Source: a virus
Taxonomy: Duplodnaviria; Caudoviricetes
IMG/VR virus record: IMGVR_UViG_3300030397_000085
Location: 1-40,141 of that record
DNA: 40,141 nucleotides
Direction: 5' to 3' (one strand)
The translations under genes were made by a program, and so were the position numbers. Under the pieces are notes generated by a model. The model was given only the letters and a program-made list of their open reading frames with translations, was not told the DNA's origin and ran no database searches. Of this stretch, positions 27,281-36,852 are shown in pieces; position 1 is the stretch's first letter, and every line of letters starts with the position of its first letter.

Positions 27281-27319
27281 ATTATTAAAACTATAACCGA
27301 AAGGAGGATGACTTAGAAA

Positions 27320-27514
27320 ATGGCACCACTAATTCTTAACATACCTGACTGTGAAGCCTGTCCACTGTTTGCTGAAAGCTGCGGTCAATATGATCAGAAT
27401 TACTGTCAACATCCGATAGGCCCTCAGGATGGCAGCGATGACTGGGTTTACATAGACAATCAAGTATGGGCTCACAAAAGCTACATCCGCAAGATAGCCA
27501 AGAAAGGATACTAA
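27320..27514 (+). CDS. Small Cys-containing hypothetical protein
   Basis: AAGGAGG SD; CEACP...C...C. Confidence 0.55.
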   Translation: MAPLILNIPDCEACPLFAESCGQYDQNYCQHPIGPQDGSDDWVYIDNQVWAHKSYIRKIAKKGY

Positions 27515-27515
27515 G

Positions 27516-27707
27516 ATGTTAACGTTGATGCAACTGTTCTTTTACTTTGGAAGCCTTATACTGGTAGTTGCACAGACGGGTAATTCCAAACGTTGCTGGG
27601 ATTTAGGAGAGATTAAACAGATGGTATTTGATATTGTTGTTACCGTCATAATTCTCTGGTCATCCTGGTACTTTTATTTCATTGCAATACGATCCATTAA
27701 CCCTTAA
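27516..27707 (+). CDS. Small two-TM membrane protein
   Basis: Two hydrophobic segments. Confidence 0.5.
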   Translation: MLTLMQLFFYFGSLILVVAQTGNSKRCWDLGEIKQMVFDIVVTVIILWSSWYFYFIAIRSINP

Positions 27708-27719
27708 CCGGAGATAACC

Positions 27720-28229
27720 GTGAGAGAACTGATAGCCTTAATCGAACGACTTGCCATAAATTCAACAATTGAAGAGCCTGTTGACTATGCCAACAACTAC
27801 GCCTACTATCAGAACATTGTAGTAAAGTGGGCAAGGGATGTTGGGTTCGGTATTGGCACTAATCTGGGTGTAACATTTGGTGAGCTCAAATTATTCATCT
27901 GTGTTGAAGGTGGCAAAGTTACAATTACTCGCACAAATGCCATTAACCCAGTACATGGTGTTACAATAAGCAATCTGAACGCTGACCAATCTTACGAATT
28001 CTTGCAAAAAATGTGGCTTGAAGAGACAAAAGCAAAGGTTGGCAGTAAGGTAAGAATCAAACCCCCAACTCACACCGTAGAAGAACAATGGTGGCTCTGG
28101 AAACTCTCAGAGAAGATCGATAAAGCATTAGTGGGTTGGGAGGGAACTGTCACTGATATAACCAGTGATGGTATTGAAGTAAATGTAAATTTCCTCGTCC
28201 CCTATTTCAGGCTGGAGGTAATTACCTAA
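27720..28229 (+). CDS. Hypothetical protein with C-terminal KOW/SH3-like region
   Basis: KVGSKVRI...GWEGTVTDI. Confidence 0.55.
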   Translation: MRELIALIERLAINSTIEEPVDYANNYAYYQNIVVKWARDVGFGIGTNLGVTFGELKLFICVEGGKVTITRTNAINPVHGVTISNLNADQSYEFLQKMWLEETKAKVGSKVRIKPPTHTVEEQWWLWKLSEKIDKALVGWEGTVTDITSDGIEVNVNFLVPYFRLEVIT

Positions 28230-28314
28230 TTCGAGGGGCGGATCAGGCTAAACCTGGCGGTCGCAATGACCGCTGGGTGCCTGTATAACCTATAACTGTA
28301 GAAAGGAGCACGCT

Positions 28315-28512
28315 GTGATTAACAGAGCACTATTATCGCTAAGACATCGACAGTATGTTCAGGCAATCAAGGCATTGCAGAGAGCAGAGAAAGCATGGCA
28401 AGCAGCAACACCTGCTAATGCAACATCAAGGTTGAATACTCTGAAGAAAGCTCAAAAGTACGAAGCCAGAAAACGCCAAGCCTGGATAGACGCCGGTGGT
28501 GAGGAGGACTAA
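28315..28512 (+). CDS. Hypothetical helical protein
   Basis: AAGGAG SD, GTG start. Confidence 0.55.
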   Translation: MINRALLSLRHRQYVQAIKALQRAEKAWQAATPANATSRLNTLKKAQKYEARKRQAWIDAGGEED

Positions 28513-28697
28513 TGCCAATATCTGTCATAACAGTTGACTGTGATGGATGTGAAGCTCGCGGATTCAAGCCTACCAGAAGAGACAAGATGAAACGCTGCTG
28601 GAAGTGTCAAGGCACCGGCAAGCGTAAGTCTACTATCTACGAAACCAAGAAGCAGAAAGAATTACGATTACTGCGAGAAAGTGACGAGATAGCATGA
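28512..28697 (+). CDS. DnaJ-like zinc-finger microprotein
   Basis: CDGCEARG...CWKCQGTG. Confidence 0.6.
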   Translation: MPISVITVDCDGCEARGFKPTRRDKMKRCWKCQGTGKRKSTIYETKKQKELRLLRESDEIA

Positions 28698-28972
28698 AAG
28701 ACTGGTTCGCTATTTACTGTACACATGACCCATATGAGCCCCCAGAGTTGCTAGGCATATTTGATGAAAACAACTATGTCAATGCCTGTCTAGAACTAAA
28801 GAGTAAATATAAGATGGAAGTCATGTTTTGTACTCGCGAGACTGATACTGAAACCGAATGGATAAACGTTATCACGCACCAGAAAATGATCAAGGGAAGA
28901 TATGATTTTCCCCCTGAAACATATATGGAGCGTATAAGACTAAACCGAATACAACCGAGAAAGGTGGTGTAA
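28694..28972 (+). CDS. Hypothetical protein
   Basis: Translationally coupled ORF. Confidence 0.5.
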   Translation: MKDWFAIYCTHDPYEPPELLGIFDENNYVNACLELKSKYKMEVMFCTRETDTETEWINVITHQKMIKGRYDFPPETYMERIRLNRIQPRKVV

Positions 28973-28973
28973 C

Positions 28974-29696
28974 TTGAGTGAGATAATTTCACTGGAACAA
29001 AGAGCAAGAGAGATTGTAGGCTTGCGATTCTTTAACCAGATTAATGCCCCGGAAAGAATTACCAAATTTGAAGTGCGAGTGCCCAGATACGATATTTATG
29101 TCCTGAGAATGCTCATTAGCTCGCAAAAGACAGGATTGCAGTTGCCCGGGAACCTGTTCTGGTTAAGACCCTTTGTGCATATGTGCATGGAAGAGCAGAG
29201 GGAGCTTGGCATAGAACATCCCTACATCTACCTTACAGTCAGAAACGGTAACCGGATATTTGAAACTGTTGACGAATGGCATGTAGATGGATTTGCAGTA
29301 CGGTATACACATCTGCCGGAACAAAACTACATCTGGAGCAATAACACGCCTACACAGTTTCTGCTCAAACCACACAATTTCCCCGGCGACTTTAATCCAA
29401 TGAGACATAATGTTCATAGTTTCATACAAGAGGAACATAATGTTGAAGAGGATGATGTTATGACGGGCAAACGTGACACGGTATACCGGATAGACCCTTA
29501 CGTCATTCATCGCGCTCAGGCAAGCTCTGTGGGCGCTACAAGGTGCTTTGTGCGAGTATCTTTTGTGCCTATTGAGATACAAGACTGTAACAATACACCC
29601 AATCCTGCCCTACCTACTATTGCCTGGTCTGCTGATGGAGTCAATGACTTCCGCAATCAACTGGAAAACTATCACAACGCAACTGGAGAACTGTAA
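28974..29696 (+). CDS. 2OG-Fe(II) oxygenase-like (DSBH) protein
   Basis: WHVDG (HxD), VIHRA (distal His), RCFVRVS (RxxxRxS). Confidence 0.7.
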   Translation: MSEIISLEQRAREIVGLRFFNQINAPERITKFEVRVPRYDIYVLRMLISSQKTGLQLPGNLFWLRPFVHMCMEEQRELGIEHPYIYLTVRNGNRIFETVDEWHVDGFAVRYTHLPEQNYIWSNNTPTQFLLKPHNFPGDFNPMRHNVHSFIQEEHNVEEDDVMTGKRDTVYRIDPYVIHRAQASSVGATRCFVRVSFVPIEIQDCNNTPNPALPTIAWSADGVNDFRNQLENYHNATGEL

Positions 29697-29875
29697 TGTC
29701 CAATCAACAATCTTCCAAATATCGCGATAAGGTCGCAGGTAAACGTCCATCACACGCTCCGTGGGGCTTCCCACTTGCTCAAATGAGAAAGGTGACAGTG
29801 ACGGTACCAGTGACCGAACATACCTTGAAGTTAAAGGTAAAAAGCGGTAAATTTGTTAAGCAACTGTTCCAATAA
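29696..29875 (+). CDS. 59-aa basic hypothetical protein
   Basis: TAATG coupling; fills the gap. Confidence 0.45.
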   Translation: MSNQQSSKYRDKVAGKRPSHAPWGFPLAQMRKVTVTVPVTEHTLKLKVKSGKFVKQLFQ

Positions 29876-29900
29876 TCGACGAGCCACAGGGAGGTAACCG

Positions 29901-30095
29901 TTGACTAAACTGTTGAGAGCTATCGGTATTAAGCGAGAAGAGCCAAGATATCTTGTTACGTTCTTTTCAATCTATGCCGGTGGCAAACATCAATTCATTG
30001 TAAGAAATAATCTAACGCTGTTCATAGGCTATCATCCAAATATTAAGCCAGGACAGTTCATCACTGAAGGTAAATATCTAATCGAAAGGATTTGA
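29901..30095 (+). CDS. Hypothetical protein
   Basis: GGAGG SD, TTG start. Confidence 0.55.
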   Translation: MTKLLRAIGIKREEPRYLVTFFSIYAGGKHQFIVRNNLTLFIGYHPNIKPGQFITEGKYLIERI

Positions 30096-30098
30096 ATC

Positions 30099-30653
30099 AT
30101 GAAAATCAAATTTGCAGCAATCGCCGTTATCGCAGTTATTGTCATTTTTGGTGCGTTCTTGGCGCCTCTTTATCCGCAGACCCAAAGCCAGTCCCATGCA
30201 ACATTGGCATTTGCCGTTCAAGAAAACAACGGGTTCCATCAGTATCGTGATATTGCCATCGGCGGTAGCGGATCATTCAATGTTAAATTGCCCGCCCTGC
30301 CAGTAACGGCCGGTATTCAATTCGAGGGATACTTTCCTCGGTACGCCAATCAAGAGCTCCGCAGCGAAAATAATTATGAATTCTATTTCAGTCTGCCGAT
30401 CAAATATCTGGTATATCAGGCACACTCTGCAGAAGGTCTCTTTATTGTTGCAGCGCCCATGTTGCAGTATCAGGATGTAAGCGAATGGGGCAGTGACAAT
30501 CATGTCAACTATGGCGGGTCCATAGACGTAGAGTACCAAAGAAGCATTAATCAGAAAGTGTCATTCCTCTTTAAGGTCGGCATGAAAGGTTACGATTCAG
30601 TGGGAACGTTCAGAACCGGGCTGAACCTATCTGCTGGCGTTGTCCTTAATTGA
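30099..30653 (+). CDS. Outer-membrane beta-barrel-like protein with signal peptide
   Basis: Signal peptide; about 8 amphipathic strands; C-terminal strand GLNLSAGVVLN. Confidence 0.6.
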   Translation: MKIKFAAIAVIAVIVIFGAFLAPLYPQTQSQSHATLAFAVQENNGFHQYRDIAIGGSGSFNVKLPALPVTAGIQFEGYFPRYANQELRSENNYEFYFSLPIKYLVYQAHSAEGLFIVAAPMLQYQDVSEWGSDNHVNYGGSIDVEYQRSINQKVSFLFKVGMKGYDSVGTFRTGLNLSAGVVLN

Positions 30654-30853
30654 GATTCTTTCTTTCTCGCCGGAAGAAGTTAAGTTTCACTTTATCGCTC
30701 CATAACAAACAAATCAAAAAGGTACGAAGCAAGAAAGACGGTAAGCTCAAAAAATATGTCCATCTAAGCATGGAAGAGGCTATAAAGCTAAAAGAGCAAC
30801 TCGAAACGCTTGTACCATCAGAATGGGAGGTAAAAAATGACAACGACGAATAA
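30650..30853 (+). CDS. Small basic hypothetical protein
   Basis: Coupled ORF. Confidence 0.45.
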   Translation: MRFFLSRRKKLSFTLSLHNKQIKKVRSKKDGKLKKYVHLSMEEAIKLKEQLETLVPSEWEVKNDNDE

Positions 30854-31031
30854 GAAACCGGCCGAAAAGAAAGAGCATGTGTACATTGAGGTTGTTACAG
30901 ATTATCGTACCAGCCAACAAGGTACAACATTTGGTGATCTGATCTCAAAAGTGACGATCACCGGCAACCCGGGTAACTGGCAAGAACTGTTAATCGAAAA
31001 GCAAAACGAGCTAAAGGAAAAAGAAAAGTGA
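30837..31031 (+). CDS. Hypothetical protein
   Basis: GGAGG SD. Confidence 0.55.
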   Translation: MTTTNKKPAEKKEHVYIEVVTDYRTSQQGTTFGDLISKVTITGNPGNWQELLIEKQNELKEKEK

Positions 31032-31414
31032 TCTCACTAGCCTTCTCTCGAATAGTCAATAACAGGCGAACAACCTGTACAATGGCTTTACTGGTAATCA
31101 GCGGCTTTAAAGTTGGAAAACTGAAACACACGAACAGTAAAGAGACTGCATGGGGAGTTAAAACTTCCCCAAGTGACGTTGTTCTCACTGGAATCGTTCA
31201 ACAGTCAACTAAAGACCAAGATATGCCAGCAGTAGCCAAGAAAAAGGCGCTCCGCCGGGCTATTCTACTGATCGAAGACCGTAGCGTACGAGAGAAACTG
31301 TGGAACACTATAAGGTATCTACACAACGAGCATGTACCTGATATTAACGACATTATCGTTGGCGAACTTACACCATTAAACGACTTTAACAGTCAAAAGG
31401 AGAACTCGCTATGA
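31028..31414 (+). CDS. Hypothetical phage protein
   Basis: Coupled ORF. Confidence 0.55.
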   Translation: MISLAFSRIVNNRRTTCTMALLVISGFKVGKLKHTNSKETAWGVKTSPSDVVLTGIVQQSTKDQDMPAVAKKKALRRAILLIEDRSVREKLWNTIRYLHNEHVPDINDIIVGELTPLNDFNSQKENSL

Positions 31415-31959
31415 GTCACCATTTAATTGAAGTACCCGCAGATGAAGATTTCGTGCCATTGATTCTGAACGGTGAATTTCTGGGCATTTTAATTGGCCTG
31501 GAGCGTGGAAACCAACAGCCAACCGGAATCCCTTTCCGCCCGCTATTCCAGCTTGTCGTAACACCGGGTGAAAAAGGTCACGACGACAGCGGCAACGAGC
31601 ACCCCGCAGACGAAATGAATGACAAGATCGTCAAAGGCCCGTCCTTGTGGATCAACCCGAAGCCCGAAAAAGGGCAAGAGTGGAAGAATAAGTTTTACCG
31701 GGACGAAATGGAGAAACTGGGGTACGTATGGGATGTAAATCCCGATACCGGCAACAAGCTGATCCGAGAATTGGCCGATGAAGATGTTTACGGCTATACC
31801 TTTAAGGTAAAAATTGGACCGGTGGAGAACGAGAAGAAGAAGCGCACATACCATGAGGTGGTATCTTACGAACTCCAAAAGGAATTCGACCGCCTGGATT
31901 ACAAAGAGTATGTGATCTCCAAGCTTGAAGCCGAAGCCGGTGATGAAGAAGCCGAATAA
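31411..31959 (+). CDS. Putative single-stranded DNA-binding protein (DUF669-like)
   Basis: EDFVPL start, OB-like strands, acidic tail EAEAGDEEAE. Confidence 0.45.
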   Translation: MSHHLIEVPADEDFVPLILNGEFLGILIGLERGNQQPTGIPFRPLFQLVVTPGEKGHDDSGNEHPADEMNDKIVKGPSLWINPKPEKGQEWKNKFYRDEMEKLGYVWDVNPDTGNKLIRELADEDVYGYTFKVKIGPVENEKKKRTYHEVVSYELQKEFDRLDYKEYVISKLEAEAGDEEAE

Positions 31960-32134
31960 CTGTAAGAACTGTATCTTTTTTAATCGTCACAAGGGTACAG
32001 TAAAGGGATCGTGTCACCGGTATCCGCCGGTGACCATCTTCGCTGTATCTAAGTCTCATTCAGTCTTTGCACAGGTCTTTGAAGAGGACTGGTGTGGAGA
32101 ACACAAACCCCAAAACAATGGAGGTACGTCATGA
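31943..32134 (+). CDS. Small Cys-rich metal-binding protein
   Basis: CKNCIFF...GSCHRYPP...DWCGEH. Confidence 0.65.
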   Translation: MKKPNNCKNCIFFNRHKGTVKGSCHRYPPVTIFAVSKSHSVFAQVFEEDWCGEHKPQNNGGTS

Positions 32135-32961
32135 AACGTACAAGTAATCTTCCCGTTTGGACCCGTTACGGATTAATTCTTTTGGTTGGCCTTTTGTGTA
32201 GCATGTTTTCCGGCTGCGTCAGTTGTACACAGGTTGACCCCGGTACCGAAGCAGTATTAGTTCATCAGCCCTGGATTTTCGGGCATGGTGGCGTTGAAGA
32301 AAAGACCGTTAAGCCCGGCCTGCAATGGCACTGGGTTACCACGGATTTATACCACTACAATGTAACCCCGGTCAAATTCTCTGAATCATTCAATGATATC
32401 ATGACCAGTGACAATTTCCCGATTGACATGGATTTTGAATGGGAATTCCAAGTTCTGCCCGATCAGGCCTGGAAAATTACAGCCCATCACAAAAATTGGT
32501 ATAAGAATCAGATTCAGGAACCCGGCAAAGCCTATGTGCGGGATTTCATTGCAAGAAATAAGATGCAAGATGTTACGGTGGACAGGGCAAAATTAAACGT
32601 CCTGGAGCTCGAAGCTCTCAGTTGGATGGAACAGAAGTTAAAAGCCAATGGTCTACCCATTAAAGTCAATCGCGCTACTGCCGGTAAAGCAGCACCACCG
32701 GAAGAGGTAATGGAAGAACGGGCACAAACAGCGGCCAACACCCAGCGTAAGTCAACAGAAGATGCAAGAAAGATTGCGGAAGATGCTCGTAAGGCAGCGG
32801 AGGTGTCCAAAGCCCTCGCGGATAAAGCCTATATGCGGGAAATGAATTTCAATGCAGCACAGTATCTTGAATTGCGACGCCTGGAGTTGCTGGAGAAGAA
32901 AGCCGGTAACATTACCTGGATTATCGGCGGCGGCGAAGTCCAGAATATGAGAACGTTTTAA
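32131..32961 (+). CDS. SPFH/band-7 domain membrane protein
   Basis: N-terminal TM, QVDPGTEAVLV...GGV...PG, IMTSDNFPID, C-terminal AE-rich coiled coil. Confidence 0.85.
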   Translation: MKRTSNLPVWTRYGLILLVGLLCSMFSGCVSCTQVDPGTEAVLVHQPWIFGHGGVEEKTVKPGLQWHWVTTDLYHYNVTPVKFSESFNDIMTSDNFPIDMDFEWEFQVLPDQAWKITAHHKNWYKNQIQEPGKAYVRDFIARNKMQDVTVDRAKLNVLELEALSWMEQKLKANGLPIKVNRATAGKAAPPEEVMEERAQTAANTQRKSTEDARKIAEDARKAAEVSKALADKAYMREMNFNAAQYLELRRLELLEKKAGNITWIIGGGEVQNMRTF

Positions 32962-32981
32962 TCCTCCTGCCGTAACAACTC

Positions 32982-33005
32982 GCTGGGCCCTGAAAAGGGC
33001 CTGGC
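32982..33005 (+). terminator. GC-rich hairpin with GAAA loop (terminator or processing site)
   Basis: GCTGGGCCCT-GAAA-AGGGCCTGGC; weak U-tract. Confidence 0.45.
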
Positions 33006-33026
33006 AGTATTTAGAAAGGAACAGTA

Positions 33027-33524
33027 ATGGCAGAATATGAAGTAAAGGTTAAGTTGTTTACCGCTGGTGATGCAAGAACTGAAATCAAAGACCTGGAACA
33101 GTACATTCTAACCCTACTCTCTGATAGCATATACATTAGACCTGAAACCGTAGCTGCTGTAGAGGTTTTACCTGGACCAAAGAACATCGAACAATGGTGG
33201 TACACGGATGGAATTATTGATCTTGTGCCGCTATGGAGACAGTCAAGAGTTCAGGCTTACTGGTGCTCTGGCGATACTAAGATACTAAAGCTGGAATGTA
33301 TCGATCCATCAAAAACGTTAACAAAAGGTAGAGCTTACTTTGCAGTAACTGAGAGAAAATTTGGAGCCTGGCACAGTGGAAGCTATACAGTTTACAGACT
33401 TGTCAACGATAAAGGAATTGTTGCTGAGTACAAGGAGAATAGATTCGCTATCACAGAGATCATGCCACTGTACCAAGCAGCACAACTCTACGAAGGTAAA
33501 CGATTAAAGGAGATACACCTATGA
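33027..33524 (+). CDS. Hypothetical protein
   Basis: AAGGA SD. Confidence 0.55.
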   Translation: MAEYEVKVKLFTAGDARTEIKDLEQYILTLLSDSIYIRPETVAAVEVLPGPKNIEQWWYTDGIIDLVPLWRQSRVQAYWCSGDTKILKLECIDPSKTLTKGRAYFAVTERKFGAWHSGSYTVYRLVNDKGIVAEYKENRFAITEIMPLYQAAQLYEGKRLKEIHL

Positions 33525-33649
33525 ACGAAGTCACAGAATTTACTATCCATCAGGCACCAATAGAAGTTTGGGTTTTCCTGGGCTTGATGTGCTTGATTGT
33601 CGTTGTATCCTTAATTGCAGGAACCAAGACCCTTGTGGACGGTGATTAG
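33521..33649 (+). CDS. 42-aa single-TM microprotein
   Basis: AAGGAG SD, ATGA coupling; VWVFLGLMCLIVVVSLIAG. Confidence 0.55.
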   Translation: MNEVTEFTIHQAPIEVWVFLGLMCLIVVVSLIAGTKTLVDGD

Positions 33650-33899
33650 ACAGCACATACGATCGTGGCTTAGAAAAAGATTTCCTTCTCTCTACAAGTA
33701 CAGTACAGATATTGATTACATAAAGTACATAGCAATAGAAAGAGAGAATTTGCAACTTGAGGAGAAAATCTTTCGGGAAAGGCTTGACTCGCATATAGGC
33801 AAGATAGAGTTTGACGAACTGAACAGAATACGTAGAAGGCTGAAAAGGCTTGAGCAAGAATACGAAGATTTCAAACAGAGAAGAAGGGAGCAGGAGTGA
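33642..33899 (+). CDS. Coiled-coil hypothetical protein
   Basis: In-operon ORF; start uncertain. Confidence 0.5.
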   Translation: MIRQHIRSWLRKRFPSLYKYSTDIDYIKYIAIERENLQLEEKIFRERLDSHIGKIEFDELNRIRRRLKRLEQEYEDFKQRRREQE

Positions 33900-34240
33900 A
33901 GAAAATAGCAGTATATGGAACACTAAGGCATGGCTCGTACAATAATGCACGATTTGGCCTTGGTGAACCAGAAGAAATTCTTGACGCTGAAGGATTTCGA
34001 CTTGGAAGTGGCTGGTTACCGTACATGGAACGCTCTGAAGGCGATAGCTGCGTTGTAGAAATCCACACAGTAAGCGATGAGATGTTTGCAGCATTGAACC
34101 GAATGGAGGTAGGTGCAGGCTATACTCCCGAAGATATCAGCACAGAACTGGGGAAACAGGAAGAAATCACTGCATGGACTCACCCAATCCCGGAGAATGG
34201 CTTTCGAATCATAAAAGATTTCATCAAGGAAGGAAGATAG
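33896..34240 (+). CDS. Gamma-glutamylcyclotransferase (GGCT/AIG2-like)
   Basis: IAVYGTLRHG, LNRMEVGAGY. Confidence 0.85.
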   Translation: MKKIAVYGTLRHGSYNNARFGLGEPEEILDAEGFRLGSGWLPYMERSEGDSCVVEIHTVSDEMFAALNRMEVGAGYTPEDISTELGKQEEITAWTHPIPENGFRIIKDFIKEGR

Positions 34241-34242
34241 TA

Positions 34243-35037
34243 ATGAGTAATTATTGCCTTATACCAGTAGCACAATCACCGAGCAAGCCTCACATTGGTT
34301 TAAATTCCGCCTATATTAGCTTCGTAAGAAACAATGGCTATGAACCCATCATTCTCCCCGCCACCCAAGAGGAGGATATTGAAGACATTACCACGCAGAT
34401 AGGCGAATTTGACCCCAAGGACGATGTTACCTTACTGTTAACTGGTGGCTGTGACGTTGAACCTACACAGTTCGGTTATCGCAATCTGAGCTGTTTACAT
34501 CCCAATCCACTGAGAGACTTATTGGATGGAGCCTGTCTTGAGTCTGCAATCGAAGCCAAGATTCCAGTGTTTGGCATTTGTCGAGGCTTGCAGTTCTTCT
34601 GTATATCTCAACTGAAAGGCAATATTATCTGGTGGCAGCACATTCACGGTCATGCACAAGATCATGCCAGAAAGATCAAGAATCATCCGGTCGAAACAAC
34701 CAATGACTTTTTGGCGCCTTTCTATGACAAAAATGACAATCTGTTTGTGAATTCCATGCACCACCAAGCTATTGTTATTCCTGGACTTATGGACGAAAAC
34801 GAAGGCTACAGAGATAGCTCAATGGAAGTCAATTTCTTGAGCATACTGGTAGACGGATTTGTAGAAGTTATCGAAAATAAACGGCAATTCTTTATTGTTG
34901 AAGCCATGCGTGTATACGACCGAAGAACTGGAGACATTGTCTTTGGTGGCGTACAGTGGCATCCTGAAGAACTGTCTAACCAACAAACTATAATGCGACA
35001 TATACTCTCGGAGGGCGAAATTGAAGAACTCACTTAG
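34243..35037 (+). CDS. Class I glutamine amidotransferase / peptidase C26 (PuuD-like gamma-glutamyl hydrolase)
   Basis: LTGGCDV, GICRGLQ, VNSMHHQA, GVQWHPE. Confidence 0.9.
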   Translation: MSNYCLIPVAQSPSKPHIGLNSAYISFVRNNGYEPIILPATQEEDIEDITTQIGEFDPKDDVTLLLTGGCDVEPTQFGYRNLSCLHPNPLRDLLDGACLESAIEAKIPVFGICRGLQFFCISQLKGNIIWWQHIHGHAQDHARKIKNHPVETTNDFLAPFYDKNDNLFVNSMHHQAIVIPGLMDENEGYRDSSMEVNFLSILVDGFVEVIENKRQFFIVEAMRVYDRRTGDIVFGGVQWHPEELSNQQTIMRHILSEGEIEELT

Positions 35038-35938
35038 TAAAGTTAATCAAGATGAAGTCTTTGCATTTGGATGGGATGTAGAATTCCAGTGCATTGACAC
35101 AAACAGTGGACTGCCTACTTACCCAGAAATCGATGACCAAGGAAATTTTACTGTATTCCGTGACTATGCAGCCAGTGAAATTGCAAGCTCACGAGAAGAG
35201 TACGACCGTGAGAAGCAGAGAGAACTGATTACAATGGCCAAGATTCGACTGTTAGGATCACCAGATTTCAATCCATACTTTCATGACATTCTCCGATTTT
35301 CACCCGAGGTATGGAAGAACATGCCACCTGAGTTTCGTGCAATGGGATGCAGGCCAGACGAGAACCTTTATGGCTTGTCAACGAACAAAGACAAGTTTGA
35401 CGATGTTCCAATGCGATCCTGTGGCGGTCATATCCATATCGGAGTAAGGAATGGCATCTCTGGCGGGTCAGTCTACGTTGATATGCTGAATAACAACTTA
35501 CTGGTCAAGAACCTTGATAAACTGTTAGCAATCTTCAATACCGTTTACAACAGAAGGAATCAAAAGTTGCGACGTGAGATTTATGGTCAGCCAGGTACAT
35601 TCAGAACAAAAGAGTATGGTCTTGAATATCGCACTCTTGACAACTCCTGGTGGCCAATCACCGAGATTTGCGACTTTAACCTTACTCTACTGCAAATTGC
35701 CCTGGACTATACCTGCAACGAAACAGAAGTGTCTGGCAGTGAAAACTATGTTGACATTATACTGGAAGATAACCCAAAAGCTGCACTGGAATCCATACTA
35801 ACCTCGATTGGGAAATTCAAGATACCCTTTGACAGGAAGAAGAAGATGAAGGCATTCGTAAGATTCTTTGAGGATCACCCAATTACTACCTCGTTTATTT
35901 CGCCCAACAACCAAACATGGGAGGCCTTGCCATTATGA
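35021..35938 (+). CDS. phiEco32-like COOH-NH2 ligase type 2
   Basis: FGWDVEF, GCRPD, RSCGGHIHIG, RREIYGQPGTFRTKEYGLEYRTLDNSW. Confidence 0.85.
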   Translation: MKNSLSKVNQDEVFAFGWDVEFQCIDTNSGLPTYPEIDDQGNFTVFRDYAASEIASSREEYDREKQRELITMAKIRLLGSPDFNPYFHDILRFSPEVWKNMPPEFRAMGCRPDENLYGLSTNKDKFDDVPMRSCGGHIHIGVRNGISGGSVYVDMLNNNLLVKNLDKLLAIFNTVYNRRNQKLRREIYGQPGTFRTKEYGLEYRTLDNSWWPITEICDFNLTLLQIALDYTCNETEVSGSENYVDIILEDNPKAALESILTSIGKFKIPFDRKKKMKAFVRFFEDHPITTSFISPNNQTWEALPL

Positions 35939-36852
35939 TCGGCAAAGATAGTTTAGTCGTCGTGTTCCTGAGTACCAACAAGCAGGATCATATCACAAAT
36001 TACCTTACAGAACAGGGGATTCACTTTGTCAACGGAAAAGAGGCTAATGGGCCAATCGACCTTCAGGGTAAGCGGTACTTGATTCGTTACGGGTCCCGTC
36101 AACACACCCAGAATAATCAGAACTTGATAGAAACACTGAATCGGTCTGCCGCTATAAAGCTGTTTGCAAACAAGTTTGAGGGTCGCAAAGTAATGCAGGC
36201 AATTGGAACCTCAAACTTTGTTAACGCAGGCTGGTCAACTGGCTGGTTTTATGGGGATGAATATATCCTTAATGACGGCTGGGATGCTGCCAAGATGAAT
36301 AACCGTGACTTGCTGGTAAGACCTCAGAAACATACTCGTGGTAACAACATTAACATTGTCCAAGGTCGTCCAAATGTGATTGCTATCATGGAACGCTTTC
36401 GACGCCAGCGGAAGAAGTCCTATGTACAGGAAGCCTATAAGAAGAAGCGTGAGTTTCGTATTTACTTCATGGGCCCTGGCATTCTCGCGGTATTTGAGAA
36501 AGTTCCGAATGACAAGAATGAGTTTTACTGGGGCGGTGACAATGCTGAGTGGACCTATCTGGCAGATGAGCAAATCCCACAAGCTTTCTATACAGTAGCA
36601 GCAGATGCGGCAGAGAGAACTCCAATTGACTTTGGGGCAATCGATATTATCGAGACAAATAAGCATGGTGACCTTAAATATGTCTTCTTAGAGTTAAACA
36701 CCTGCTTTGAGGCACAAGGTCCCTATATGGCTGAGAAATTTACCTTAGCTGCCCGTAAAATGCTTGATGATCCTGCTGCCTGGAGAAATGCTCACTACAA
36801 GAAGTTTATCCGCCTGAAGCCTTTACGTGAAGCAGCAAAGAAAGTTGACTGA
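35935..36852 (+). CDS. ATP-grasp ligase (RimK-like)
   Basis: LIRYGS, LVRPQKHTRG, YVQE, EFRIY, DFGAIDI, FLELNT. Confidence 0.85.
   Translation: MIGKDSLVVVFLSTNKQDHITNYLTEQGIHFVNGKEANGPIDLQGKRYLIRYGSRQHTQNNQNLIETLNRSAAIKLFANKFEGRKVMQAIGTSNFVNAGWSTGWFYGDEYILNDGWDAAKMNNRDLLVRPQKHTRGNNINIVQGRPNVIAIMERFRRQRKKSYVQEAYKKKREFRIYFMGPGILAVFEKVPNDKNEFYWGGDNAEWTYLADEQIPQAFYTVAADAAERTPIDFGAIDIIETNKHGDLKYVFLELNTCFEAQGPYMAEKFTLAARKMLDDPAAWRNAHYKKFIRLKPLREAAKKVD

Noticed and set aside
25258-28314. tRNA genes in intergenic gaps
   Set aside because: No cloverleaf with a T-loop consensus found by eye
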